Positions 18,852-27,812 of a DNA stretch of 64,000 nucleotides are shown one piece after another. The position numbers and the translations under genes were made by a program. The notes under the pieces were generated by a model. The model worked only from the letters and a program-made list of their open reading frames with translations, ran no database searches and was not told the origin of the DNA. The DNA comes from Vicinamibacteria bacterium (lineage in GTDB: Bacteria > Acidobacteriota > Vicinamibacteria > Marinacidobacterales > Marinacidobacteraceae), in contig CAXXLQ010000004.1 of NCBI GenBank assembly GCA_963668695.2, positions 2,720,001 to 2,784,000 on the forward strand. Direction: 5' to 3'. Each line of letters begins with the position of its first letter. Position 1 is the first letter of the stretch.

Positions 18852-20090
18852 TTGGCATCGGACGCGGATCGCGACGCCGGATTGCTTCGCGCCGGATTGT
18901 TTCGCAAGGTCGCGGCCGGCGACCGCCGCGCGCTGGCCCGCGCCATCACCCTGGTGGAGGGTGGCGCGGAGGGGGCGCGCCGGGCGGCCCTGACCCTCGG
19001 CTGGCCGGACCGGGCCCGGGTGATTGGCCTGACCGGTCCGCCGGGGGTTGGGAAGAGCGAACTGGCGAATCACCTCGCTGCGGGATTTGCCGCAGAAGGG
19101 CGCCCGGTGGCGGTGCTCGCGGTGGATCCCTCCAGCCCCCGGACCGGAGGGGCGCTCCTCGGCGATCGGGTGCGGTTCACCGGCGATCCGAACGCGATTT
19201 TCTTCCGGAGCATGGCGGCTCGCGACGGCGATGGAGGCCTGGCTCCCGAGGTGCCGGCGGTTTTGCGGCTCCTGGCCGCGGGCGGCGCGGAGCGCATCCT
19301 GTTGGAGACGGTGGGCGTGGGGCAGGGGGACGTGTCGGTCCTGGAGCTCGCCGATCTCGGGGTGGCGGTGACGGCTCCCGGCCTGGGCGACGCGGTGCAG
19401 GCGGCGAAGGCTGGACTCTTCGAGGTGGCCGACTTCGTGGTGGTGAATCAGGCGGATCGTTCCGGGGCCGAGGCGATGGCGGCTGCATTCCGCGCCCTCC
19501 GGTCCGGACCGGTGCTGTTGACCTCCGCAGTTGAGGGAACCGGCGTGAAGGAACTCCGGGCGGCTCTGGAGGCGGACCTTGCGGCCCGCGCTCCGCTCAA
19601 TCGTCCCGGCTCTTCCGGTGACGTCGGGCCCAACCCGGAGGAAGCGAACCCGGAGGAAGCGGGCCCGGAGGTCCGTCTGCACCATGTGGGGATTGCGGTA
19701 CGGGACGGCGGAGCGGCCGCCGAGCTTTGGCGCACGCTGTTGGGGCTTCGGGAAGCGGGCCGCTATCCGGTGGAAGAGTTCGGCGTTTTGGCCCTCTTCC
19801 TGGCGCCGGAGCGACCGCCCACCCCGGCCGGCGGCGGTCTTCTGGAACTCCTCGAGCCCATGGCTCCGGACAGCCCGGTCGCCCGTTTCCTGTCCCGGCG
19901 AGGCGAAGGGCTCCATCACGTCTGCTTCGAGGTCGAGGACATCCACCGGACGCTGGCCGCCCTCGAATCACGGGGCGTTCGCCTGGTGGACCGGGAGCCA
20001 CGCCGCGGCGCCGGAGGCCATTTGGTCGCCTTCATCCACCCGGCGAGTGCGGGGGGTGTACTGCTGGAGCTGAAACAGGCCGATCCGTGA
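18852..20090 (+). CDS. MeaB GTPase fused to methylmalonyl-CoA epimerase
   Basis: TGPPGVGKS, VDPSSPRTGGALLGDR, ETVGVGQ; then HHVGIAV, GEGLHHVCF, AFIHP..GVLLEL. Confidence 0.85.
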   Translation: MASDADRDAGLLRAGLFRKVAAGDRRALARAITLVEGGAEGARRAALTLGWPDRARVIGLTGPPGVGKSELANHLAAGFAAEGRPVAVLAVDPSSPRTGGALLGDRVRFTGDPNAIFFRSMAARDGDGGLAPEVPAVLRLLAAGGAERILLETVGVGQGDVSVLELADLGVAVTAPGLGDAVQAAKAGLFEVADFVVVNQADRSGAEAMAAAFRALRSGPVLLTSAVEGTGVKELRAALEADLAARAPLNRPGSSGDVGPNPEEANPEEAGPEVRLHHVGIAVRDGGAAAELWRTLLGLREAGRYPVEEFGVLALFLAPERPPTPAGGGLLELLEPMAPDSPVARFLSRRGEGLHHVCFEVEDIHRTLAALESRGVRLVDREPRRGAGGHLVAFIHPASAGGVLLELKQADP

Positions 20091-20172
20091 CGTCCGGGTG
20101 GTTCGCAGCTTCCCGGAGTTCGGCCGCTCGGCACTGGGCCACCACGCTGGACCCGGATAGGCTTTCGGAGTC

Positions 20173-20913
20173 ATGAAACCCGCTCTCTCTTTCCGCCGCG
20201 ACTTGCTGATGCTGGCGGGCGGCGTCCCGGCCGCCTACGCCCTGGGACTCTGGTTGGGTTCCATGGGCGTGGGCTTCGCCCGCTGGCTGCTGCCGCTCCT
20301 GCTCGCGGCCCCGGCGATCCACGCTCTCTGGCGCACCCTGGGGGAAGGGCGGCGCTCCGAGGCAGTCCGGTTGATGCTCGGCTGGGCGCTCGCGCTCGCT
20401 GTCTTCGGACCGATCGCGATGGCGATCGCGCCCGAGGCCGCCGAGGCGTCGGTCCTTCGCGGTGCGGACTACCGCGAAGAGATGATGTCCTGGCTCGCGA
20501 CGGGAGAGGGCGCGGAGGGAGACATCCGGATGTTCCTCCCGCTCCATCTGCAGCGGCTCCTCCTCTTCGTCCCGCTCTCGCTGGTGAGCGGCGGCGCGCT
20601 CGGGCTCCTGATGGGCGCGGTGATGATGAACTTCATGGACTTTTTCGTCGCTTCCTACGCGGCGGCCGCGAGCGGAGTCCCGGCGGCGCTGGCCTGGTTC
20701 CCCTGGGCCCTGTGTCGGGTGGTGGCGTTCGTCATCCTCGGGGTAGTGACCGCCGAACCACTCGTCCGGCGACTCGCCAAAGTCACGGCGCCGCTCCAAC
20801 CCGGACGCGGCCGCCTGCTCTACCTGGCCGGCGCGCTCCTGGTCGCCGATGTGGTGCTCAAGGCGGCGCTCGCCCCGATGTGGGGCCGGTTCCTCGCCGG
20901 CTTTCTCAACTGA
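20173..20913 (+). CDS. Hypothetical integral membrane protein
   Basis: ATG with GGAG RBS; multiple TM helices; high-GC codon usage. Confidence 0.7.
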   Translation: MKPALSFRRDLLMLAGGVPAAYALGLWLGSMGVGFARWLLPLLLAAPAIHALWRTLGEGRRSEAVRLMLGWALALAVFGPIAMAIAPEAAEASVLRGADYREEMMSWLATGEGAEGDIRMFLPLHLQRLLLFVPLSLVSGGALGLLMGAVMMNFMDFFVASYAAAASGVPAALAWFPWALCRVVAFVILGVVTAEPLVRRLAKVTAPLQPGRGRLLYLAGALLVADVVLKAALAPMWGRFLAGFLN

Positions 20914-21065
20914 CGCCGTAGGCGGAGGCGTCGGACCAGCGTCAAGCGCGCGCGACCGCGGGAGTACGTCCAGCCGACCAACGCGACGACGCGCGACGGC
21001 GGAACGCCGGCCAGTTCTCCCGGCGGGGGCCTCCGGCCTACACACGGAATTTCTGACAGTCCTGG

Positions 21066-21581
21066 TTCCGCGGCTCCAGCGTGGAGTTCCACCCGCTACA
21101 GCGTGGAGTTCCCGCCAACAGACCCCGCCAGAGCGTGGAGTTCTCGCCAACAGACCCCGCCAGAGCGTGGAGTCTCGCCAACAGCGGCCAGCGTGGAGTT
21201 CTCGCCAACAGACCCCGCTACAGCGTGGAGTTCGCGGCCAGCGTGGAGTTCTCGCCAACAGACCCCGCTACAGCGTGGAGTTCCGCGGCTCCAGCGTGGA
21301 GTTCTCGCCAACAGACCCCGCCAGAGCGTGGAGTTCCGCGGCTCCAGCGTGGAGTTCCGCCAACAGACCCCGCTACAGCGTGGAGTTCGGCGGCTCCAGC
21401 GTGGAGTTCCCGCCAGCAGACCCCGCCAGAGCGTGGAGTTCGGCGGCTCCAGCGTGGAGTTCCCGCCAACAGACCCCGCCAGAGCGTGGAGTTCGGCGGC
21501 TCCAGCGTGGAGTTCCCGCCAGCAGACGCCGCTACAGCGTGGAGTTTCCGCCAACAGGCCCTACCACAGCGTGGAGTTCGG
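21066..21581. repeat. Complex tandem array of 19 AGCGTGGAGT(T) cores, mostly at 21/32-bp spacing
   Basis: Direct inspection; two linker types (CCGCCAACAGACCCCGC(C/T)A and CGGCGGCTCC-like) alternate. Confidence 0.92.
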
Positions 21582-21604
21582 CAAAAAAGCGCCGGATTCC
21601 GCGG

Positions 21605-21679
21605 TGGTGGGCGATGCAGGATTTGAACCTGCGACTTCTACCGTGTGAAGGTAGCACTCTTCCGCTGAGTTAATCGCCC
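21605..21679 (-). tRNA. tRNA-Val(CAC)
   Basis: GGGCGATTAACTCAGCGG...CTACC-TTCACAC-GGTAG...GGTTCAAATCC..ATCGCCCACCA. Confidence 0.95.
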
Positions 21680-21948
21680 GTTGCCGGGTGCTGCCGGGGC
21701 GATGCGGACTGACGTCGCGCCCCGGCGGCCGAGGGCTGGGACGCTAGCAATCCGCCCGGTTTCCGTCAACCCGTCACGAGAGGACGACCGTGCGCGCTCG
21801 CCCGCCGGCGGCCAGCGGCCGGCCTTCCAGGCCGTCCCCGCGCTTCTTCTCGATCAACCGTACGCGGTTTCGCGGCCCTCCGGGCCGCGGTGCCGGTCTG
21901 AAGCCCCCACCGGGAGGACTGGCCGGCGTTCCCTCGCCCTACCGCTTC

Positions 21949-23364
21949 CTAGGAGATCTCCACCTTCATCATGTTCGTGGCGCCACTCAGTTGGTGGGTG
22001 CCGCAGACGAGCACGAGGCGGTCGCCGGAGGCGATATAGCGTTCTGATCGGAGCTGGTCCAAGGCCTTTTTGAGCATTTGATCGGTGGTTCGGAACCGCC
22101 GGTTGCGCATGGGGCGGACGCCCCAACGGAGCGCCAGGCGTCGAAATACGTGCTCGGAAGTCGTGAATCCGAAGATCCCGCACCGCGGCCGCATCCGGCT
22201 GACCTGACGGACGGTGGCTCCGGAATCGGTGAAGGCGACGATGTAGGACGCGTCGATCGTGGCGGCGGCCTCGCGCGCCGCGGCGGCGATGGCGTGTTCT
22301 ACGCGGCTCCGGTCGATCAGGGCCTGGTAGTGGGGCCGTTCGCCGAAGTCCGCATGCTGCTCGGTATAGGTGGCGAGGCGGTCCAGCGTGCGTACGGCCT
22401 CGATGGGGTACTCCCCGACGGACGTTTCGCCGGAGAGCATTACGGCGTCGCTTCCGTCGAGGATCGCGTTTGCGACATCGGAGGCCTCGGCCCGGGTAGG
22501 CATCGGATGCGAAATCATGGAGTCCAGCATCTGGGTGGCCGTAATCGCGATCTTGCCCCGCGAATTCGCCTCGCGAATGATCCATTTCTGGACGATGGGA
22601 ACCCGCTCCGAGGAGGTTTCCACTCCGAGGTCACCACGAGCGACCATCACCCCGTCCGAGACCTTGAGAATCTCGTCGAGGTTCTCGAGAGCTTCGGGCC
22701 TCTCGATCTTGGCGATCAGCGGTATGTCCTCCCGATCCATCCGGGCGAGCAACCCGCGGACAGTCTCGACGTCCCGCGCGCGCTGCACGAAAGACACCGC
22801 GAGATAGTCCACTCCCGCGGCAACCGCCGCCTGCAGGTCGGCGCGGTCCTTGACGGTGAGCGAGGGACCGGAAAGGGGTACCCCGGGCAAGTTGAGGCCC
22901 TTCCGGGAAGACAGGATGCCTCCCACCACCACTTCGGTCTGCACGTCCCCGTCTGCTGCCTTGAGAACCCGGAGTTTGAGGAGGCCATCGTCGATCAGGA
23001 TGAAATCCCCGGGGCGCACGTCGCGGGCGAGCTGGGGGTACGTTGTCGAAACGGTATCCGCAGTTCCCTCGATGGCCCGGGAGGTGATTACGAACCTGGT
23101 TCCCGGCTTCAGTTCGACTCCTCCTGCCGGCACCTCGCCGGTCCTCATTTTGGGACCAGCGAGATCCGCGAGCGTGGCCACCGCGCGACCGGCCTTGCGA
23201 GCGGCGCGGCGCACGATTCGCACGCGTCTCTGCAGGCTCCCCGCGGTCTCGTGTGCGCAGTTGAGACGGGCCGCGTCCATTCCGGCGTCGACGAGCGCCT
23301 CCACGGCGGCTGCGGAGCGCGTTACCGGACCCAGGGTGGCGATGATCTTCGTTCGGCGAAACAT
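21949..23364 (-). CDS. pyk: Pyruvate kinase
   Basis: TKIIATLGP, DLAGPK.R, IAKIE, MVARGDLG, ATQMLDSM, MLSGET. Confidence 0.97.
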   Translation of the reverse strand: MFRRTKIIATLGPVTRSAAAVEALVDAGMDAARLNCAHETAGSLQRRVRIVRRAARKAGRAVATLADLAGPKMRTGEVPAGGVELKPGTRFVITSRAIEGTADTVSTTYPQLARDVRPGDFILIDDGLLKLRVLKAADGDVQTEVVVGGILSSRKGLNLPGVPLSGPSLTVKDRADLQAAVAAGVDYLAVSFVQRARDVETVRGLLARMDREDIPLIAKIERPEALENLDEILKVSDGVMVARGDLGVETSSERVPIVQKWIIREANSRGKIAITATQMLDSMISHPMPTRAEASDVANAILDGSDAVMLSGETSVGEYPIEAVRTLDRLATYTEQHADFGERPHYQALIDRSRVEHAIAAAAREAAATIDASYIVAFTDSGATVRQVSRMRPRCGIFGFTTSEHVFRRLALRWGVRPMRNRRFRTTDQMLKKALDQLRSERYIASGDRLVLVCGTHQLSGATNMMKVEIS

Positions 23365-23369
23365 GGAGG

Positions 23370-24077
23370 CTAACCGGGTTCCGGGGTGGTGGATGAACCC
23401 GTCGCCCGCGGTTGCAGCACCGTCAGCAGGACCTTCACACTCGCGAGGAAAGAGCCGGTGAGCGTTTCAACCCGCCCGGTTGCCCCGCGCGCTCGCCGGC
23501 TGGAAACCGGAACTTCCACCGAAGGGATTCGGGCTCGGGCGGCATTCACCTGCATCTCGGCGAGCCAGCCGAAATCCGGGTCCGACAGTCCCAATCGGGG
23601 AATCACCTGCCAACGAACCGCCCGGAAGGGGCCGAGGTCGGTGAAGCGATATCCGTACAGGAGCAGGATGAGGCGGGTCGCGATCCAGTGTCCGACCCGA
23701 ACCAGGCTCGGGTAGGCGCCGGGGTCGGGTTCACCCCGGCTGCGGGACCCCATCACGAAGTCCACGGCCGGAGAAAAAAGTGGAGACAGCACGGCGGGAA
23801 GTTCCTCGGCATCGTCGGCGCCGTCGCCCCGAAGGAACACGACGACATCGGGAGGCTCGGCGGCGAGGTGGACCATCCCCGCGAGGCAGGCGCGCCCGTA
23901 TCCCGGGCGTGGTTCCTCCACGGGCGTCGCCCCGTACTGGCGCGCCGGCTCGACGATATCGGCGCCCGGGCCCCCGACGACCACGATCCGCTCGAGATGG
24001 CCGTGGGGAAGCGCCGCCAGCACGCGGGAGAGTTCCGGCCCGCCGGCAGGTGCGGGAATGATCGCCGCCGTTCGCAA
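23370..24077 (-). CDS. Glycosyltransferase family 2
   Basis: GYGRAC, VVVFL.GDG, FVMGSR, TDLGPFRA, EVPVS; TTG start inferred. Confidence 0.8.
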   Translation of the reverse strand: MRTAAIIPAPAGGPELSRVLAALPHGHLERIVVVGGPGADIVEPARQYGATPVEEPRPGYGRACLAGMVHLAAEPPDVVVFLRGDGADDAEELPAVLSPLFSPAVDFVMGSRSRGEPDPGAYPSLVRVGHWIATRLILLLYGYRFTDLGPFRAVRWQVIPRLGLSDPDFGWLAEMQVNAARARIPSVEVPVSSRRARGATGRVETLTGSFLASVKVLLTVLQPRATGSSTTPEPG

Positions 24078-24129
24078 TGGCTCTTCAGTCTCGTTTCGCG
24101 GGGGCAGTATACGAGGCTGTTCCCGTAGG

Positions 24130-25773
24130 ATGGACGCCGTGAACGACCTGCCGATCCGATTCCGATTCCTCCTGGTCGCCGCGGCGGCGCTCGCTGCCGC
24201 CTGTTCGAACGGCCCGCCACCGGAGGGTGAAGCGGGACCGGCGGTCCTCTTCCGGGACGGCCGGATCCTCGATGGGACCGGAAACCCCTGGTATCTGGGG
24301 GATGTGCTGGTGGTGGGTGACCGCATCGCCCGCGTTGGCGTCATTCCCGCCGAAGAGGTTCCGGCCGGCGCGCGCGAGGTTGAGGCTGCCGGGCTCACCA
24401 TCATGCCCGGCTTCATCGATCCGCACTCGCACGCGGGCCCGGGGCTTGCCACTCCGGAACTGCGGGCCGGGGAACCGGTGATCCGGCAGGGGATCACCAC
24501 GGTCATGGTGAATCCGGACGGCGGCGGCGAGGTGGACTTGGCGGAGCAGGGCCGCAGTCTCCGCGAAGGCGGGATCGGGGTCAATGTCGCGCTCATGATC
24601 GGCCATGGGGCGGTACGGCGCGAGGTGCTCGGCATGGAGGACCGGCCGCCGACCGAGGAGGAACTCGAGCGGATGGCCGGGCTCGTGCGTTCGGGAATGG
24701 AGGCCGGAGCCTTCGGGATGACCGGAGGCCTCTACTACGCCCCGGGCAGCTATGCGGCGAACGACGAAGTGGTGCGGCTCGCCGCCGAGATCGCGCCGTT
24801 CGGCGCCTTCATCAGCCATATCCGGGATGAAAGCGATTACAACATCGGTCTGGTCGCCGCCGTCGAGGAAGTGATCGAGGTGGCGGAGACCCACGGCATC
24901 CGCGGCGTGGTGACCCACTTCAAGGCGCTCGGTCCGACGGTCTGGGGTCTCAGCCGGGAGGCGACGGCCGCCATCGATGCGGCGCGGGCCCGCGGGGTGG
25001 AGGTCTTCGCCGACCAGTACCCCTACGAGGCGTCCGGAACCAGCATTGTCGGAGCGCTCGTTCCGCGTTGGGCGCTCGCGGGCGAAACGATGCCGGGGAT
25101 GCCTTCTCCGCTCGAGAATCGGCTACACAGTCCACCGGAGCGCGCGCGCCTGAGGGCCGAGATGCTGGTCGCCCTGGAGCGGCGGGGCGGCGCTGACACG
25201 CTGCTCCTCTCCCGCCACCGGGCCGATACCGCGCTCGAAGGGCGATATCTGAGCGACCTCGCGGAGGAGTGGGACCTCGAGCCCATTGATGCGGCTCTCC
25301 GCCTGCTCGACGCGGGCGGCGCGGGGCTGGTGTCCTTCAACATGTCGGAAGAGGACATCGCCCACATCATGACCCGCGAGTGGACGATGGGTTCCTCGGA
25401 CGGCGGCCTCGTTCCCGCGGGCGAGGGACGGCCGCACCCGCGCTACTACGGCGCGTTTCCACGGCGGATAGCCCGTTACGTCCGGGAGCGGGGCGTGCTC
25501 ACGCTCGCGGAAGCAGTGCGCGGGATGACGAGTCTGCCGGCGACGGTGTTCCGTATGCCCGACCGGGGACAGGTGGCGCCGGGGCGGATCGCCGATCTGC
25601 TCATCGTGGACGTGGGCGGGTTTCGGGACGTTGCCACCTACGAAGACCCCCACGCTCTCGCCGAGGGGATCGTGCACGCGTTGGTGGCCGGCGTCTTCGC
25701 AATCGAGGACGGCGAGGCAACCGGAGCGCTGGCCGGACAGGTGCTGACCCCTCACTGGATGGACAGCGAATGA
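24130..25773 (+). CDS. N-acyl-D-amino-acid deacylase family amidohydrolase (lipoprotein)
   Basis: PGFIDPHSH, SHIRDE, HFK, DQYPY, SDG, HPR.YG.FPR; LAAAC lipobox. Confidence 0.9.
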   Translation: MDAVNDLPIRFRFLLVAAAALAAACSNGPPPEGEAGPAVLFRDGRILDGTGNPWYLGDVLVVGDRIARVGVIPAEEVPAGAREVEAAGLTIMPGFIDPHSHAGPGLATPELRAGEPVIRQGITTVMVNPDGGGEVDLAEQGRSLREGGIGVNVALMIGHGAVRREVLGMEDRPPTEEELERMAGLVRSGMEAGAFGMTGGLYYAPGSYAANDEVVRLAAEIAPFGAFISHIRDESDYNIGLVAAVEEVIEVAETHGIRGVVTHFKALGPTVWGLSREATAAIDAARARGVEVFADQYPYEASGTSIVGALVPRWALAGETMPGMPSPLENRLHSPPERARLRAEMLVALERRGGADTLLLSRHRADTALEGRYLSDLAEEWDLEPIDAALRLLDAGGAGLVSFNMSEEDIAHIMTREWTMGSSDGGLVPAGEGRPHPRYYGAFPRRIARYVRERGVLTLAEAVRGMTSLPATVFRMPDRGQVAPGRIADLLIVDVGGFRDVATYEDPHALAEGIVHALVAGVFAIEDGEATGALAGQVLTPHWMDSE

Positions 25774-25791
25774 CGACGAAAGGAGAACCCC

Positions 25792-27177
25792 GTGAACCGT
25801 GAATCCGCGATCGCCGAGACGATCCTTGAAACGGTAGGAGAAACACCGCTCGTCGGCCTCCGGCGCATTGGCCGGGGGCTCCCCGGGCGGGTCGCCGTGA
25901 AGATGGAGTCCTTCAATCCCGGCGGATCCGTCAAGGACCGCATCGCCATCACCATCGTTGAGGACGCGGAGCGCAGCGGTGCGCTCAAACCCGGAGGAAC
26001 GATCATCGAGGGCACCTCGGGAAACACCGGCATGGGTCTCGCGCTGGTCGCGGCGGTGAAGGGCTACCGGTCGATCTTCGTGATGCCGGACAAGATGAGC
26101 GACGAGAAGATCCGGGCGCTCCGGGCGCTCGGCGCCGAGGTGGTGGTGACGCCGACGGCGGTGGAGCCCGAAGATCCGCGCAGCTACTACAGCGTGGCGA
26201 AGCGCCTCGTGGAAGAAACCGAAGGAGCTCTCTACGCGAACCAGTACCACAATCCCGTGAACCCGGAGACCCACTACCGCACGACCGGGCCCGAACTCTG
26301 GCGGCAGGTAGGGCCCGAGATCCACACCCTGGTCTGCGGTCTCGGGACCGGGGGCACCGTCAGCGGGATCGGCCGCTACCTGAAGGAGCAGAACCCGGAG
26401 ATCCGGGTCGTGGGCGCCGACCCCGTGGGTTCGCTCTACGAGGAATACTTTCGCACCGGGAAGGTGGGTGAGGCCCGGAGCTACAAGGTGGAGGGAATCG
26501 GCGAGGACTTCATCCCGTCCACCATCGACTTCGCGGTCATCGACGAGGTAATCCAGGTCACCGACCGGGACTCCTTCCTGATGACCCGCCGGCTCGCGCG
26601 GGAGGAGGGGCTCTTCGTGGGTGGCTCCGCGGGGACGGCGGTAGTGGCGGCGCTCGAGGCGGCGTCGCGAGTTCCTCCCGGGGCGCTCGTGGTGGTCCTC
26701 GCTCCCGATTCCGGCGGGCGGTACCTCTCCAAGATCTTCAGCGACGACTGGATGCGCCAGAACGGCTTCCTGGAACCCGCGCGCGAAGACGCGAGGGTCG
26801 GCGACGTGCTCGCCGCCAAGGGCGGCCAGGAGATCCTGAGCGTTCCCCAGACGGCGGGAGTCCGCGAAGCCGTGACGCTGATGCGGAAGCACGACGTGTC
26901 GCAGCTTCCGGTCCGGGACGAGGACGGTTTCGTCGGGGTCGTTACCGAGGCTTCGCTCCTCGAGGGCCTCTTCTTCGGCGGCGCCAGCCGGGGCGAGGAT
27001 CAGGTCCGCGCGTTTATGAAGACGGACAAGATCGCGTCGGTGGACGTGGACAGTCCCCTCGACGAGTTGGCGCAGATCTTCGCCGGGGGCAGGATCACGG
27101 TGGTGACCGAAGAAGGCCAAGCCGTCGGCTTGCTCACCCCGATCGATCTGCTCGACTACCTCTCGCGGGAAAGCTAA
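25792..27177 (+). CDS. cbs: Cystathionine beta-synthase with C-terminal CBS domains
   Basis: NPGGSVKDR, TSGNTG, GTGGT, VEGIGEDF, YLSKIF.DDW, CBS pair. Confidence 0.9.
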   Translation: MNRESAIAETILETVGETPLVGLRRIGRGLPGRVAVKMESFNPGGSVKDRIAITIVEDAERSGALKPGGTIIEGTSGNTGMGLALVAAVKGYRSIFVMPDKMSDEKIRALRALGAEVVVTPTAVEPEDPRSYYSVAKRLVEETEGALYANQYHNPVNPETHYRTTGPELWRQVGPEIHTLVCGLGTGGTVSGIGRYLKEQNPEIRVVGADPVGSLYEEYFRTGKVGEARSYKVEGIGEDFIPSTIDFAVIDEVIQVTDRDSFLMTRRLAREEGLFVGGSAGTAVVAALEAASRVPPGALVVVLAPDSGGRYLSKIFSDDWMRQNGFLEPAREDARVGDVLAAKGGQEILSVPQTAGVREAVTLMRKHDVSQLPVRDEDGFVGVVTEASLLEGLFFGGASRGEDQVRAFMKTDKIASVDVDSPLDELAQIFAGGRITVVTEEGQAVGLLTPIDLLDYLSRES

Positions 27178-27803
27178 CAGCCGGTGGTGGAACCCGGGTG
27201 AGCGCCGAGGCTGGCCAGTTCTCCCGGTGGGGGCGAGGCCCAGTTCTCCCGGTGGGGGTCCGGGTGACAAGGCGGGTGAGGGAGGAGCCCCCACCGGGAG
27301 AACTGGCCCGGGTGTATTCCGACCGAAACGCAACGATGAGCGGCGCGCAGCGACGCGGGTAACAGCCGGTGGTGGAACCCGCGTGAGCGCCGAGGCCGGC
27401 CAGTTCTCCCGGTGGGGGCGAGGCCCAGTTCTCCCGGTGGGGGTCCGGCTGACAAGGCGGGTGAGGGAGGAGCCCCCACCGGGAGAACTGGCCCGAGTGT
27501 ATTTCGACCGAAACGCAACGCAGAGCGGCGCGCAGCGACGCGGGTAACAGCCGGTGGTGGAACCCACGTGAGCGCCGAGGTTGGCCAGTTCTCCCGGTGG
27601 GGGCGAGGCCCAGTTCTCCCGGTGGGGGTCCGGCTGACAAGGCGCGTGAGGGAGGAGCCCCCACCGGGAGAACTGGCCCGAGTGTATTCCGACCGAAACG
27701 CAACGCAGAGCGCCGCAACACGGCGCGGTTCAGCCGGGATGCATCGCCGCTCGAGCCCCCACCGGGAGAACTGGGCCGCCTGGGTTCCACGACAGGCTGT
27801 TAA
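27174..27803 (-). mobile_element. MITE family A head-to-tail trimer (185-bp period) carrying 10 micro-inserts
   Basis: TAACAGCCGGTGGTGGAACCC at 27175, 27360 and 27545; single distal end CCACGACAGGCTG-TTAA. Confidence 0.88.
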
Positions 27804-27812
27804 GAACGGCGA

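Noticed and set aside
21066-21581. CRISPR array
   Set aside because: The core is only about 11 bp, the intervening sequences are two recurring types rather than unique spacers, and there are no cas genes in the window.
20849-21673. Repeat-protein ORFs across the tandem array
   Set aside because: Several frames on both strands are open, unit lengths are often not multiples of 3, and the ORFs overlap the tRNA; they are artefacts of a stop-free repeat.
27174-27803. CRISPR-like array of the 20-mer
   Set aside because: The copies are in mixed orientations and the intervening DNA is repeated MITE sequence.
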